Sequence record: NC_023568.1
DNA: 64,000 bases
Direction: 5' to 3' (one strand)
Part shown: positions 18,524 to 27,892 of the stretch, piece by piece
How positions within the stretch are numbered: position 1 is the first letter of the stretch
How the letters are laid out: the number at the start of each line of letters is the position of its first letter
Notes under the pieces: generated by a model
Databases searched by the model: none
Told to the model about the DNA's origin: nothing
Seen by the model: the letters and a program-made list of their open reading frames with translations, nothing else
Translations under genes and position numbers: made by a program

Positions 18524-19556
18524 CTTGCCACTCGAAACAAAACAGTCTATCGTTAAAGCATCTGCTAATGGTATGACACAGAAAGACAACGCGGCGAAGC
18601 ATGGGACTTCGCCAACCACTCTACGCCGTGTTCTTGCTGAACATCGTGATGGTAAATTCAGCTTGAATACTGCAAAGCAAGTTGTCAAACGCCCGCGCCG
18701 TAAACAACATTGTCAAGACGTATTCAAAGAAAACCTAGAGAAGTTGCTAGACACTACTGGTACTAAAGAGCCAACGCCTAAGACGAAAGCACCTGAGCCT
18801 GAAAAGACTCTTGATCAAAAGCTTGACGAGGCGATTGAAGAATTCGCTTATGTAATCACGCCAGTTAACGTGTCTTTTACTGTTGACGGTCAAGCTTATT
18901 CTGCCGATATCACAGCACCGAACTACAGCAAGATCGTTGAAGCATTGCTAGACAATGACGGTGCTACCGCAGTTGAACTTCTAGATGTAGCAAAAGGCAT
19001 TGAAGAGTTTATGCTTGGTAATGTCAAAGTGAAAGGTGGCGTTGTTAAGTACAAAGACCTTGATATCGATGGTGGTATGACTGGTCGCATTCTTGAAGCT
19101 ATGGAAGATGGTGACAAGACTCAAGTGACTAAACTCGTGAAGTTCTTCGAGAATCTAATCGAGAACCCATCGCGTCGCGCTGTCGAAGAGCTTTACGGCT
19201 TCTTAGAAGCTGCTGATATCGAACTAACCGATGATGGTCACTTCTTAGCGTACAAAAAGATTCGCGACAACTACAAAGACATTCACAGTAACAAAATGTG
19301 CAATAAGCCAGGTACACGTGTATGGATGTTGCGTCACCAAGTGAACGACAACAAAGATCAAACTTGTTCGGCTGGTCTGCATGTCTGTTCGAAAGGTTAC
19401 TTGCCACACTTTGGTGGTGCTGCGGGTAATCGCGTCGTGCTTTGTAAAGTCAACCCACGTGATGTTGTGTCTGTACCATCTGATTACAACAACACCAAGT
19501 TGCGCTGTAGCGAATATCTAGTTCTGAAAGAGCTAGACAAAAATACTTTGAAATAA
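18516..19556 (+). CDS. rIIB: rIIB protein
   Basis: N-terminal HTH; TCSAGLHVCS, KVNPRDVVSVPSDYNNTK.R. Confidence 0.92.
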   Translation: MVNLPLETKQSIVKASANGMTQKDNAAKHGTSPTTLRRVLAEHRDGKFSLNTAKQVVKRPRRKQHCQDVFKENLEKLLDTTGTKEPTPKTKAPEPEKTLDQKLDEAIEEFAYVITPVNVSFTVDGQAYSADITAPNYSKIVEALLDNDGATAVELLDVAKGIEEFMLGNVKVKGGVVKYKDLDIDGGMTGRILEAMEDGDKTQVTKLVKFFENLIENPSRRAVEELYGFLEAADIELTDDGHFLAYKKIRDNYKDIHSNKMCNKPGTRVWMLRHQVNDNKDQTCSAGLHVCSKGYLPHFGGAAGNRVVLCKVNPRDVVSVPSDYNNTKLRCSEYLVLKELDKNTLK

Positions 19557-19560
19557 TTTT

Positions 19561-19637
19561 AAAAAAGGGTTGACTTCGGTCAGCCCTTTTGTGTATTATA
19601 CAACTACTGAAACGAAACAACGAAAGAGAACATTATG
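19561..19637 (+). promoter_or_regulatory. terminator hairpin fused to early promoter (PeSL-like)
   Basis: AAAAAAGGGTTGAC-TTCG-GTCAGCCCTTTT then TATTAT and GAGAACATTATG. Confidence 0.8.
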
Positions 19638-19892
19638 ACTGCACAACAAATTATCGCTTCACTAGAATCAACATATGACATCGACTATGCTTGTACAACT
19701 ACTGATGGTGAAGTTCACACAATCACTGAGTATCGTGAAATCATCGGCTGTCTTGTAGTTTCACCGCGTCGAGGTAGTATTGGTGTTGGTTATGTTCATG
19801 ATGACGACACAGATGAAGTTCAACCGTATGATATTACGTGGTTCTCGTCTGATGACCTAAATTCTATCGAAGTTCACATTGATTGCTTATAA
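19635..19892 (+). CDS. hypothetical early protein
   Basis: 85 aa after cassette. Confidence 0.7.
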   Translation: MTAQQIIASLESTYDIDYACTTTDGEVHTITEYREIIGCLVVSPRRGSIGVGYVHDDDTDEVQPYDITWFSSDDLNSIEVHIDCL

Positions 19893-19904
19893 GAGGAAAA
19901 CATT

Positions 19905-20249
19905 ATGAAAGTTATGAACGCTACTGACTTACGCGCTGTTGAAGCACTTGTCGAACAGAATGACGCAGCGGTCGTTAATAAAGAAAAATACCGCAGTGCT
20001 CTTGCTTTCGCATATGGCTGCATGAACAGTATTCAACGTTCAGTATATCGCGATTATCATCTGAATGTGTTAGCCGAGCGTTATGACATTGAGTACTGCA
20101 ACGATGATCAAGTTATCTTGCCTCACGGTGCATTGAAGGCAACTATCAAATTCATCAAAGAAACTCTAAGTGATTCTGATTATGCAGAACTTAAAGAATA
20201 CTTTCAATTCACAATTGCACTGGCGGTGAACGACAATGAAACGATTTAA
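19905..20249 (+). CDS. hypothetical protein
   Basis: GAGG RBS, 114 aa. Confidence 0.7.
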   Translation: MKVMNATDLRAVEALVEQNDAAVVNKEKYRSALAFAYGCMNSIQRSVYRDYHLNVLAERYDIEYCNDDQVILPHGALKATIKFIKETLSDSDYAELKEYFQFTIALAVNDNETI

Positions 20250-20919
20250 GAAACATATTCGAAAATACGATGAGCATGGAGTTGCTCAGTATAATATGCT
20301 GATGATATTCGGTTTGATGATAGTAATCGCTCTATCAATAGCACTTACTGCGGCAAATATATTATTTTCATTCGAAATACAAAACCCTGACGCGAACATC
20401 ACAACACCGGGTGATTCTTTCTGGACAGTATGGATGGCAATGAGTACAATCGGTTTTGGTGACAAGTACCCTGTCACTACAGGTGGTCGATATGTCATCG
20501 GGTGTATGTTTGTTGTTGGTACATCGTTACTGGGTTTGACTATTGGTATTATCAACTCATGGGTCGTGTCCAAGTTTGATAAAAGCATTCAGAATCGCGT
20601 GTTGAAGAGTCAGAACGATGCATTATTGCACAAACTAGACCGTCTTGAGACGCATTTAGGCATCGATCAAGAAGTTCGATTTGATAAAGATGCACATGGT
20701 ATAGATACAATAATTGATCAGTATTTTGACAGCAACGATAAAGCCGATAGATTTGTTACACTTGGTCAAGATGATAGCGGTCGATATGTCGTAGCAATAA
20801 ATCAGCTAATAGTCGAAACGCAACATACATCAATGAAGTGGCATACTTTCATCAATGAAAAAGATGCTGTTAAATTCTTTGAAGAAACTAGTGAATTATT
20901 TCACACGGAGCTATTATGA
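20236..20919 (+). CDS. two-TM potassium channel-like protein
   Basis: TM1, pore helix DSFW..W..MST, filter TIGFGD, YPVT.GGR, TM2. Confidence 0.85.
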   Translation: MKRFKKHIRKYDEHGVAQYNMLMIFGLMIVIALSIALTAANILFSFEIQNPDANITTPGDSFWTVWMAMSTIGFGDKYPVTTGGRYVIGCMFVVGTSLLGLTIGIINSWVVSKFDKSIQNRVLKSQNDALLHKLDRLETHLGIDQEVRFDKDAHGIDTIIDQYFDSNDKADRFVTLGQDDSGRYVVAINQLIVETQHTSMKWHTFINEKDAVKFFEETSELFHTELL

Positions 20920-21407
20920 TTCGTAAAATTATACTCGTTGCACTAGCAACACTGACACTTGCCGCATGTGACAACAAACCTGCGACGCTTGATACTAACG
21001 CTTACTATGCTGAACAAGAAGATGAACAGCTACTAGTTGACGCACCAACTACTGAAAAGTTTGATGTGACGCCGCCTGTTGTTGAAGAACAACCGCAACA
21101 ACCACAGACAGTCGTTGTACAGCAAGATGACGGGTTTGATTTAGGTGATGCAGCGATTGGTTTTGTTGCTGCTGAGTTAATCGACGAAGTAGGTGATTCT
21201 TTTGAGTCGAAGAAGACGCACGTTAAGCAAGTTGTAATCAAGCAGCCTGTAAAGAAAGCGCCAGTGATTAAACGTGTTGAACCTAAAAAGGTAGAAGCGA
21301 AGAAGATAACAAAGACTGTAGTCAAGAAGAAACAGAAAAAAGAAAGCTTTTTAAATCGAGCAGTCAAAAAAGTGAAAAAATCGAAGTTTAAAAAACGTCG
21401 CAGATAA
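20916..21407 (+). CDS. putative lipoprotein with Lys-rich C-terminus
   Basis: lipobox LAAC after hydrophobic leader. Confidence 0.65.
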   Translation: MIRKIILVALATLTLAACDNKPATLDTNAYYAEQEDEQLLVDAPTTEKFDVTPPVVEEQPQQPQTVVVQQDDGFDLGDAAIGFVAAELIDEVGDSFESKKTHVKQVVIKQPVKKAPVIKRVEPKKVEAKKITKTVVKKKQKKESFLNRAVKKVKKSKFKKRRR

Positions 21408-21435
21408 AAAAAGGGAGCAATTAGCTCCCTTTTTT
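21406..21435. terminator. bidirectional terminator
   Basis: AAAAAAAGGGAGC-AATTA-GCTCCCTTTTTT. Confidence 0.85.
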
Positions 21436-21436
21436 G

Positions 21437-21997
21437 TTATTTTGACTTCTTAGCGGCTTTTTTAGCACGTTTAGTAGCCTTTTCAATCTTTATCAGCTCT
21501 GCTTCCATCTTCTCAAGACCTTGAAGATATTGATCAGATTGCTTGATGTCGCTACGAAATACGCCTTTCGCTGTTGCAATATCAATGTCACTGTTGAGAC
21601 TTGTGCGAAGCTTACGAACTAAGAACAACGAACGCTCTAAGTCTTTTTCAAATGCTGCTACTTTCTTCTCAGTGATATCGTCTTGTTTCAGTGAGCGATA
21701 CTTCTCGATTTTCTTCATAGTCTTTTTGAGTTCGCTGTAGTCTTTGCGTGCTTGACCGCCTGCAAATAACGCACCACCAATAAGACCATGAATACCGAGA
21801 CTAATTGCACCCCATGTTGCAAGTGGTACAGCGACTGCCAAACCACCTGTTGCTGTCGCACCCGCTGCTGCGGTCATAAAGCCAAATGCAGCACCGAGAG
21901 ATGCACCAGCTAATGCAGAACGACCAGCCCATTGCTTTATTGTAGCTTCTTTAAGCTCTGTTTCTTTATATTCATCAAATGTTTTAAGTTCCATCAC
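21437..21997 (-). CDS. candidate capsid-internal protein with Gly/Ala-rich hydrophobic segment
   Basis: AAGGA RBS; N-terminus MELKTFDEYKETELKE; ends at bidirectional terminator. Confidence 0.65.
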   Translation of the reverse strand: MMELKTFDEYKETELKEATIKQWAGRSALAGASLGAAFGFMTAAAGATATGGLAVAVPLATWGAISLGIHGLIGGALFAGGQARKDYSELKKTMKKIEKYRSLKQDDITEKKVAAFEKDLERSLFLVRKLRTSLNSDIDIATAKGVFRSDIKQSDQYLQGLEKMEAELIKIEKATKRAKKAAKKSK

Positions 21998-22020
21998 GGT
22001 ATTCCTTTGTTGTCAGTAAT

Positions 22021-22094
22021 AAAAAACGAGGGAAGCGACTATAGTTGGAACCAATACTCGCAGTGACCAATGCGATACATAGTCACGACCCTCG
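22021..22094 (-). ncRNA. candidate structured RNA or attenuator ending in U6
   Basis: nested pairings CGAGGG/CCCTCG, GACTAT/ATAGTC, TCGCA/TGCGA; CTAAATA about 28 nt upstream on minus strand. Confidence 0.4.
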
Positions 22095-22262
22095 AAACTG
22101 AATAAAATATTGTGTATGATATATTTAGTGCTACAACACTACTTGATTTACAATTTTCTCATAAAAAAGACAAAATAATTGTTGACTAAAGTGTAAAAAA
22201 TGCTTATCATAAGGCATATTCTGATTAAACGTTCAATAATCCAACAAAAAGAGATTTATATT

Positions 22263-22727
22263 ATGACACCAAAAGACATTCTACGCGCTGCGAACACTAC
22301 TGTTTCTAAGCTGAGTATTTTAAATGGCGAGTACAGCACAGTTGTTCTAGGCTCACCTGCAAGTGGTAAAAACACTATGCTATTGGGTATGATGATGCAA
22401 CGTGGCATCGACAACTGTACAATGATCGTTACAGAAACACATCCCGCTAATATGGCTAATAAAATTGGTGTTGGTGCATTGGTTGTATGTGGTGGACTGA
22501 ATCTTGAAAAACTCATTGAGGCAGTTTCATTTGCATGTACTCAAGATCGTGAACATATCTTCATCGAGCACGTGCAGCCTATGTTAGGTCACGACATCGT
22601 TGAAATTCTAGAGTCAATCGTGAAACCATTCAACAAGCGCATCTACATCGGTATTCAAGCTGCACGCAGTAGCGGTCTAGGTGATAACTATAAAACACAA
22701 ATGATGAATACATTGACACTGGGGTAA
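22263..22727 (+). CDS. small P-loop/RecA-fold-like protein
   Basis: GSPASGKNT Walker A-like motif; start reassigned. Confidence 0.5.
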   Translation: MTPKDILRAANTTVSKLSILNGEYSTVVLGSPASGKNTMLLGMMMQRGIDNCTMIVTETHPANMANKIGVGALVVCGGLNLEKLIEAVSFACTQDREHIFIEHVQPMLGHDIVEILESIVKPFNKRIYIGIQAARSSGLGDNYKTQMMNTLTLG

Positions 22728-22729
22728 TT

Positions 22730-23005
22730 ATGAACTTCTTTCAAATAAGCATGAATTTAGCTATTGACCCATCAATTGAACCAGACGAAGAGTGGGCTGA
22801 TAAGCAATTGATCATTGCTTCTAGTCACGAAATGGCTAGAAAACTTGCTGATGCACGCAAGAAAGGTCGTCATGGTTGGTTCGACCCTAATGTGTGCTCT
22901 ATCGACTATCTCTATGAGTTGCGCGATAAAGCACTTGAAGATAATGATCACGTGAGTGTAATGAACTACACCGCAATGATCGCTATGCGGGAGAGTGTAC
23001 AATGA
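22730..23005 (+). CDS. conserved phage hypothetical protein
   Basis: KL..AR.KGR.GW...CS..L pattern. Confidence 0.6.
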   Translation: MNFFQISMNLAIDPSIEPDEEWADKQLIIASSHEMARKLADARKKGRHGWFDPNVCSIDYLYELRDKALEDNDHVSVMNYTAMIAMRESVQ

Positions 23006-24015
23006 ATGTACTATTCACGAGTCTATTCGGCTCGAAACTCTATGGCACAGACACGCCAGAGTCAGATACAGACTACAAAGCTGTCTTTCAACCTGAAATA
23101 CGTAAACTGTTGCGCGGTGTTGCAATAAAGAACTCAGTACACACGACTGGCAAATCGTTTGAGAAGAACGGTGCAGACGATGAAGACTTTGAATATATAC
23201 CAGTTCAAGTGTTCATGCGTGACTTTCTTGCAGGTCAGTCGTATGCAATTGAATTGGCATTTAATGCACTACAGAACCCAGATGACTGCAACCCTGCATT
23301 CTCTGCTATGTGTCGTGAGTTAACAAGTACGTATTTGACATCAAACGTTAAAGCAATGACTGGTTACGCGCTCAATCAAGCACAGAAGTACGGCATCAAA
23401 GGTACGCGACTAAACAGCCTTATGCAATTCGCCCGTGCTGTAGAGACGCACAACGTCGATTCTAAAGCGAAGTTGGGTTCAAGCCCTGAGTTGTGCAAAC
23501 AACTATGGGAACTGTGTGCAGAAGACGCTCACGTGCGTTTTCAGTGGTATCATGGGCCTAAAACTAAAGACGCGAGCGATTTGAAAGACCCTGCATTCAG
23601 TGTGCTTGAGAAAGTATTCGGTCTTGAGATAACGTTTGAAGAAGCTGCGGGTCGTCTTGAGAAGATGATGAGCAAATATGGTGCTCGTGCATATCAAGCG
23701 CGTGCTGCAAGTGGTTCAGATTGGAAAGCGATATCACATGCCATGCGTGTAATCGATCAAGCAATCGATATACTAACAGTAGGTAAGTTGGAATTCCCTT
23801 TGAAGAACGCAGCGTTCTATCGTGACGTGAAACAAGGTAAGTACAAGTGGGAATATGTGTCTGAAGTGCTGCAAGAACGTCTTGAAGTGCTAGAAAATGC
23901 AAAAGATACAACGTCACTTCCGAATCACACACCTGAATTGGTTAATGATTTCTACGAGTGGTATGATGACTGGCTTGACGAATTCTACTTCCCTTCAGTA
24001 TATAGTTACAATTGA
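23002..24015 (+). CDS. Pol-beta superfamily nucleotidyltransferase (T4 NrdC.11/RlaP-like)
   Basis: FGSKLYGTDTPESDTDYK motif, 337 aa. Confidence 0.8.
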   Translation: MNVLFTSLFGSKLYGTDTPESDTDYKAVFQPEIRKLLRGVAIKNSVHTTGKSFEKNGADDEDFEYIPVQVFMRDFLAGQSYAIELAFNALQNPDDCNPAFSAMCRELTSTYLTSNVKAMTGYALNQAQKYGIKGTRLNSLMQFARAVETHNVDSKAKLGSSPELCKQLWELCAEDAHVRFQWYHGPKTKDASDLKDPAFSVLEKVFGLEITFEEAAGRLEKMMSKYGARAYQARAASGSDWKAISHAMRVIDQAIDILTVGKLEFPLKNAAFYRDVKQGKYKWEYVSEVLQERLEVLENAKDTTSLPNHTPELVNDFYEWYDDWLDEFYFPSVYSYN

Positions 24016-24016
24016 T

Positions 24017-24024
24017 TATAAATA
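24017..24024 (+). promoter_or_regulatory. T4-type late promoter
   Basis: exact TATAAATA 26 nt before ATG 24050. Confidence 0.75.
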
Positions 24025-24049
24025 CGTTAAACAAATAAAGAGGTTTAAC

Positions 24050-24301
24050 ATGAAAGGTTTTAACGATTTTTTCAAAAAAGGTGAAGTCAAACTGCAAGAA
24101 ACTGAACAAGAGTTTCACGAGCGTGTTGTCAAACATCGTAAAGTAGATGATAGCCGTTACCCAGACTTGTCTAATTCAGGTCTAGAGGGTCCATATACTG
24201 ACCTGAATGGTAAAGTTTATTACTACGATGCACGTGAGGGTATGTACTACGACCCTGACACAGACATCTACATCACTGCAAAAGACTTACGTTTACCGTA
24301 A
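24050..24301 (+). CDS. small late protein, candidate capsid-internal
   Basis: GAGG RBS; N-terminus MKGFNDFFKKGEVKLQE; own late promoter and terminator. Confidence 0.65.
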   Translation: MKGFNDFFKKGEVKLQETEQEFHERVVKHRKVDDSRYPDLSNSGLEGPYTDLNGKVYYYDAREGMYYDPDTDIYITAKDLRLP

Positions 24302-24307
24302 AACACA

Positions 24308-24329
24308 AAGCGCCTACGGGCGCTTTTTT
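24308..24329 (+). terminator. intrinsic terminator
   Basis: AAGCGCC-TACG-GGCGCTTTTTT; same hairpin also at 7365-7380. Confidence 0.85.
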
Positions 24330-24343
24330 ATTGAGAGAAATAT

Positions 24344-24799
24344 ATGATTACACTAATTCAAGACCAAAACTCCCTTCAATTCATGTTCAATGATGACCTT
24401 TTGCTATCTGCAACATGGGAATCATACATCGATCAAAACTACAACTGTGAAATGTACAAGACAGCTATGGTTGAAATCCCTTCAATTGGCTGCACTGTCG
24501 TACGCGAAAAATACGACGCTCGTAATATAATCGAAACACTGCTTAAAACACGCGAACTAGAACCAGACGAGTTCGAGTTAATCACAGACCTATTCCCTCA
24601 CGTCGATGTGACTCAAGAAGAACATCACTGGCATTGTGAATGCTGCGGTGGGGTTCATGATACCACAACAAACATATTCAACCAAGAGACTGGTAAAGAA
24701 CTTGAGTTTCATTTCGACGGACATTTTGGTGATAGCACATCGCTCATGCCTCATCAATTACTTGAGTTCTGTCTATATGGTTGGTTAATTGACCAATGA
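24344..24799 (+). CDS. hypothetical protein
   Basis: 151 aa, GAGAG RBS, CECC motif. Confidence 0.65.
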   Translation: MITLIQDQNSLQFMFNDDLLLSATWESYIDQNYNCEMYKTAMVEIPSIGCTVVREKYDARNIIETLLKTRELEPDEFELITDLFPHVDVTQEEHHWHCECCGGVHDTTTNIFNQETGKELEFHFDGHFGDSTSLMPHQLLEFCLYGWLIDQ

Positions 24800-25170
24800 T
24801 GTCACCGAGAGTACTCGTCTGTGGTGGTCGTAAGTTCAGGGATAGAAAACTTGTTTATGCTGCGTTAGATAAGCTATACAATAGCTTCTATATAGGGCGA
24901 ATGACTATTATAGAAGGCGGCGCACTTGGTGCTGATCGACTTGCGCAAGATTGGGCGAATCAAGCGCACATCGATGTTGATTTAATCACGTGCGAAGCTG
25001 AGTGGGACAAATATGGCGATTCTGCGGGTTTTAAACGCAACTCCGACATGGCTGATCTCAAGCCAGACATATGTTTGGCATTCAAAGGCGGTCGCGGCAC
25101 TCAGAACATGATTGACATTTGTCGAGAGCGTTCAATCAAAGTGCATACGATCAATTGGAAATATAGATGA
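24796..25170 (+). CDS. SLOG family (DUF2493/YspA-like) protein
   Basis: RVLVCGGRKF.D, IIEGGA.GAD, RNSDM, GGRGTQNM. Confidence 0.8.
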   Translation: MMSPRVLVCGGRKFRDRKLVYAALDKLYNSFYIGRMTIIEGGALGADRLAQDWANQAHIDVDLITCEAEWDKYGDSAGFKRNSDMADLKPDICLAFKGGRGTQNMIDICRERSIKVHTINWKYR

Positions 25171-25180
25171 GGAAAAGATA

Positions 25181-26446
25181 GTGGGTTTAACTAATTGCCA
25201 ACAAGGTGCAATGAATGCGTTTCTCGACTCTGATGGGCATATGACTATTTCTGGTCCCGCGGGTTCTGGTAAGACATTCTTAATGAAGTCTATTCTCGCG
25301 GCACTTGACGCAAAAGGCAAGAACGTAGCAATGGTAGCACCAACTCACCAAGCAAAGAACGTGCTACACAAAATGACAGGTCGTGATGTATCAACGATTC
25401 ACAGTCTACTGAAAATTCACCCAGACACGTATGAAGATCAGAAGCACTTCAAGCAAGCTGGTGATGTTGAAGGTCTAGACGAAATTGATGTGCTTGTGGT
25501 CGAAGAAGCAAGTATGATCGACAATGAGCTATACGACATCATGGGTAAAACAATGCCACGCAAGTGTCGCATTCTAGGTGTTGGTGATAAGTATCAGCTT
25601 CAACCAGTGAAACATGAGCCTGGTATTATCTCACCGATGTTCACTAAGTTCAACACTTATGAAATGACTGAAGTTGTACGACAAGCAAAAGACAACCCGT
25701 TGATTCAAGTCGCAACTGAAGTACGTCAAGGTGAATGGCTACGCACTAACTGGTCAAAAGAGCTGCGTCAAGGCGTTTTGCACGTTCCGAACGTGAATAA
25801 AATGCTAGACACTTACTTGAGTAAAATCAACACCCCTGAAGACTTGCTTGACTATCGTATTCTTGCTTACACAAACGATTGTGTTGATACGTTCAATGGT
25901 ATTATTCGTGAGCACATTTACAACACGAGCGAACCATTTATCCCGAATGAGTATCTTGTAACACAAATGCCAGTTATGCAGTCAAACGGGAAGTACCCTG
26001 TTTGTGTCATTGACAATGGTGAAATCGTTAAGATTCTTGATGTTCGTCAGAAAACAATCGATGGTATGTTACCAAAAGTAGACAACGAATCGTTTGATGT
26101 TGCTGTGCTAACTGTTGAGAAAGACGATGGTAATGTGTATGAGTTCACTGTTCTGTGGGATGACCTACAGAAAGAACGCTTTGCGCGTTACTTGATGGTT
26201 GCTGCTGGTACTTACAAGTCGATGCGTGGTAATACTAAACGCTACTGGCGTGCTTTCTGGGGCTTGAAAGAGCAGATGATTGAAACTAAGTCTCTTGGTG
26301 CATCAACAACTCACAAGTCACAAGGTACGACTGTTAAAGGTGTGTGTATCTACACTCAAGACATGGGATACGCCGAGCCAGAGATTGTTCAGCAACTTGC
26401 TTATGTTGCACTAACTCGACCAACAGATTGGGCATTGTACAATTAA
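25181..26446 (+). CDS. dda: Dda superfamily 1B DNA helicase
   Basis: GPAGSGKT, APTHQA, VEEASM, GDKYQL, THKSQG, YVALTR; GTG start after GAGGA. Confidence 0.9.
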   Translation: MGLTNCQQGAMNAFLDSDGHMTISGPAGSGKTFLMKSILAALDAKGKNVAMVAPTHQAKNVLHKMTGRDVSTIHSLLKIHPDTYEDQKHFKQAGDVEGLDEIDVLVVEEASMIDNELYDIMGKTMPRKCRILGVGDKYQLQPVKHEPGIISPMFTKFNTYEMTEVVRQAKDNPLIQVATEVRQGEWLRTNWSKELRQGVLHVPNVNKMLDTYLSKINTPEDLLDYRILAYTNDCVDTFNGIIREHIYNTSEPFIPNEYLVTQMPVMQSNGKYPVCVIDNGEIVKILDVRQKTIDGMLPKVDNESFDVAVLTVEKDDGNVYEFTVLWDDLQKERFARYLMVAAGTYKSMRGNTKRYWRAFWGLKEQMIETKSLGASTTHKSQGTTVKGVCIYTQDMGYAEPEIVQQLAYVALTRPTDWALYN

Positions 26447-26524
26447 TTTCAAAAAGTAGTTGACAAAACGTGTGAGTGGCAGTAATATGTCACTCAACGC
26501 CTAACGAAACAAGAGAACAAAATC

Positions 26525-26839
26525 ATGAAATTCAAAATGCCTAACTGGCTTGACAACACTGTGATTCTCGCTCAAGAAGCTAAATCACACCCTCGTATCA
26601 CTGCTGCTGTTCTTGTAGCTGTATTAGCACTTGGTTATGTCAGTTATACTCGTGTACCTGCAATTGCATCGTGTACATGGACTGCTGTAATCGATCAATC
26701 TGTACCATGGGATTTGTGGCGTCACAACATGTGGAACAATAACTGTCAATACTACAATGGCACTCGTTGGATTGCATTAGAGAAAGTCATGGACGTTGGC
26801 GCAGGTTCTGCTGAAGAACTAGAGGAATTGGCTCTATGA
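26525..26839 (+). CDS. hypothetical membrane-anchored protein
   Basis: one hydrophobic segment; upstream TTGACA promoter. Confidence 0.65.
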   Translation: MKFKMPNWLDNTVILAQEAKSHPRITAAVLVAVLALGYVSYTRVPAIASCTWTAVIDQSVPWDLWRHNMWNNNCQYYNGTRWIALEKVMDVGAGSAEELEELAL

Positions 26840-27015
26840 TCTTAGCAACTGCTGAAGAAGTTCAAGAATACTTAGACAAAGCGCGTGCATGGTTATGCAC
26901 GCCGTCTGGTAGAATGTTCAACGATTGTAAGTCTGTTGCTCGTACGGCATATGCAGAAGCATTAGCAAACGTAGACGGTAAAACAATCTACAATTTGAAA
27001 CAAAAGCGAGATTAA
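26836..27015 (+). CDS. hypothetical protein (59 aa)
   Basis: read manually; overlaps previous stop. Confidence 0.5.
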   Translation: MILATAEEVQEYLDKARAWLCTPSGRMFNDCKSVARTAYAEALANVDGKTIYNLKQKRD

Positions 27016-27079
27016 TAGCAAATTCATATGAAATCATGTGAATAATGTGTTAAATTCCAATAAATAAGAGTGATATATT

Positions 27080-27841
27080 ATGAGTATTGCAACTACATCT
27101 GGGCATCGCTTCGGCATGCTTGTTAAATCAATCACAACTGGCATCGAAGGTACGGTAATCGGTATCACACAGTGCATCGCAGGGTGTGAATTGCTTGAAG
27201 TTCGAGCAAAAGACGCTAAAAATGAAGTGAAAACTCATGTTTTTAGCTCGAAATTAGTCGAAATCGTCAATTCTAATCGAGTTGAAGAGTATGAAGCTAT
27301 CTTCGCAGAGACAAATACTACAATGCCAATTCGTCTTGGTGATGAAGTTGAAGACACAGTTTCAGAAGCGAAAGGTATCGTAACTGAAATTCAATACTCA
27401 GTGAACGCAGCACCTAATGTGCTTTTGATTAAGCCATACGCAGAGCATGAAACGAATATTTATGCATCTGCGCGGGTCATTAGCTGTAAGCAAACAGGTC
27501 ACTCGATTCACGATAAGATCATCAACAATCGTCAAAAGCGTGAGCGTGATGAGCTTAAAGTGGAATTGCTGCAAAAAGCTCGATGCATGGCAACTGGCGC
27601 AACTGGCTTAGTCACTGCCATTTTCAATCAAGCAAACGGGACAATCTCGGTTGGTATTCAACCCGTGAGTAAAGAAGGTCGACTACTCGATACTCATTAT
27701 ACCGATATTGAATTAGTCGAAATCGTCACTGAAGAAGCAAAGAAAATCGTTCAACCTAAAGAGACAAAGCTCAAGAAAAGTGGCTCACTGCGCTCCCATG
27801 AACTGTCTTCATTGCGACGCAGTGGTATGCATACAGTGTAA
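27080..27841 (+). CDS. protein with three tandem SH3/KOW-like repeats
   Basis: three G..V....TG..G.V..I units. Confidence 0.6.
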   Translation: MSIATTSGHRFGMLVKSITTGIEGTVIGITQCIAGCELLEVRAKDAKNEVKTHVFSSKLVEIVNSNRVEEYEAIFAETNTTMPIRLGDEVEDTVSEAKGIVTEIQYSVNAAPNVLLIKPYAEHETNIYASARVISCKQTGHSIHDKIINNRQKRERDELKVELLQKARCMATGATGLVTAIFNQANGTISVGIQPVSKEGRLLDTHYTDIELVEIVTEEAKKIVQPKETKLKKSGSLRSHELSSLRRSGMHTV

Positions 27842-27892
27842 AACTAACAGCGCCATATTTGCACGTGTGCAACAAGCACAAGGAAGCACAAT

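Noticed and set aside
22021-22094. tRNA gene
   Set aside because: No 7-bp acceptor stem with D, anticodon and T arms in canonical spacing and no CCA; kept only as a candidate structured RNA
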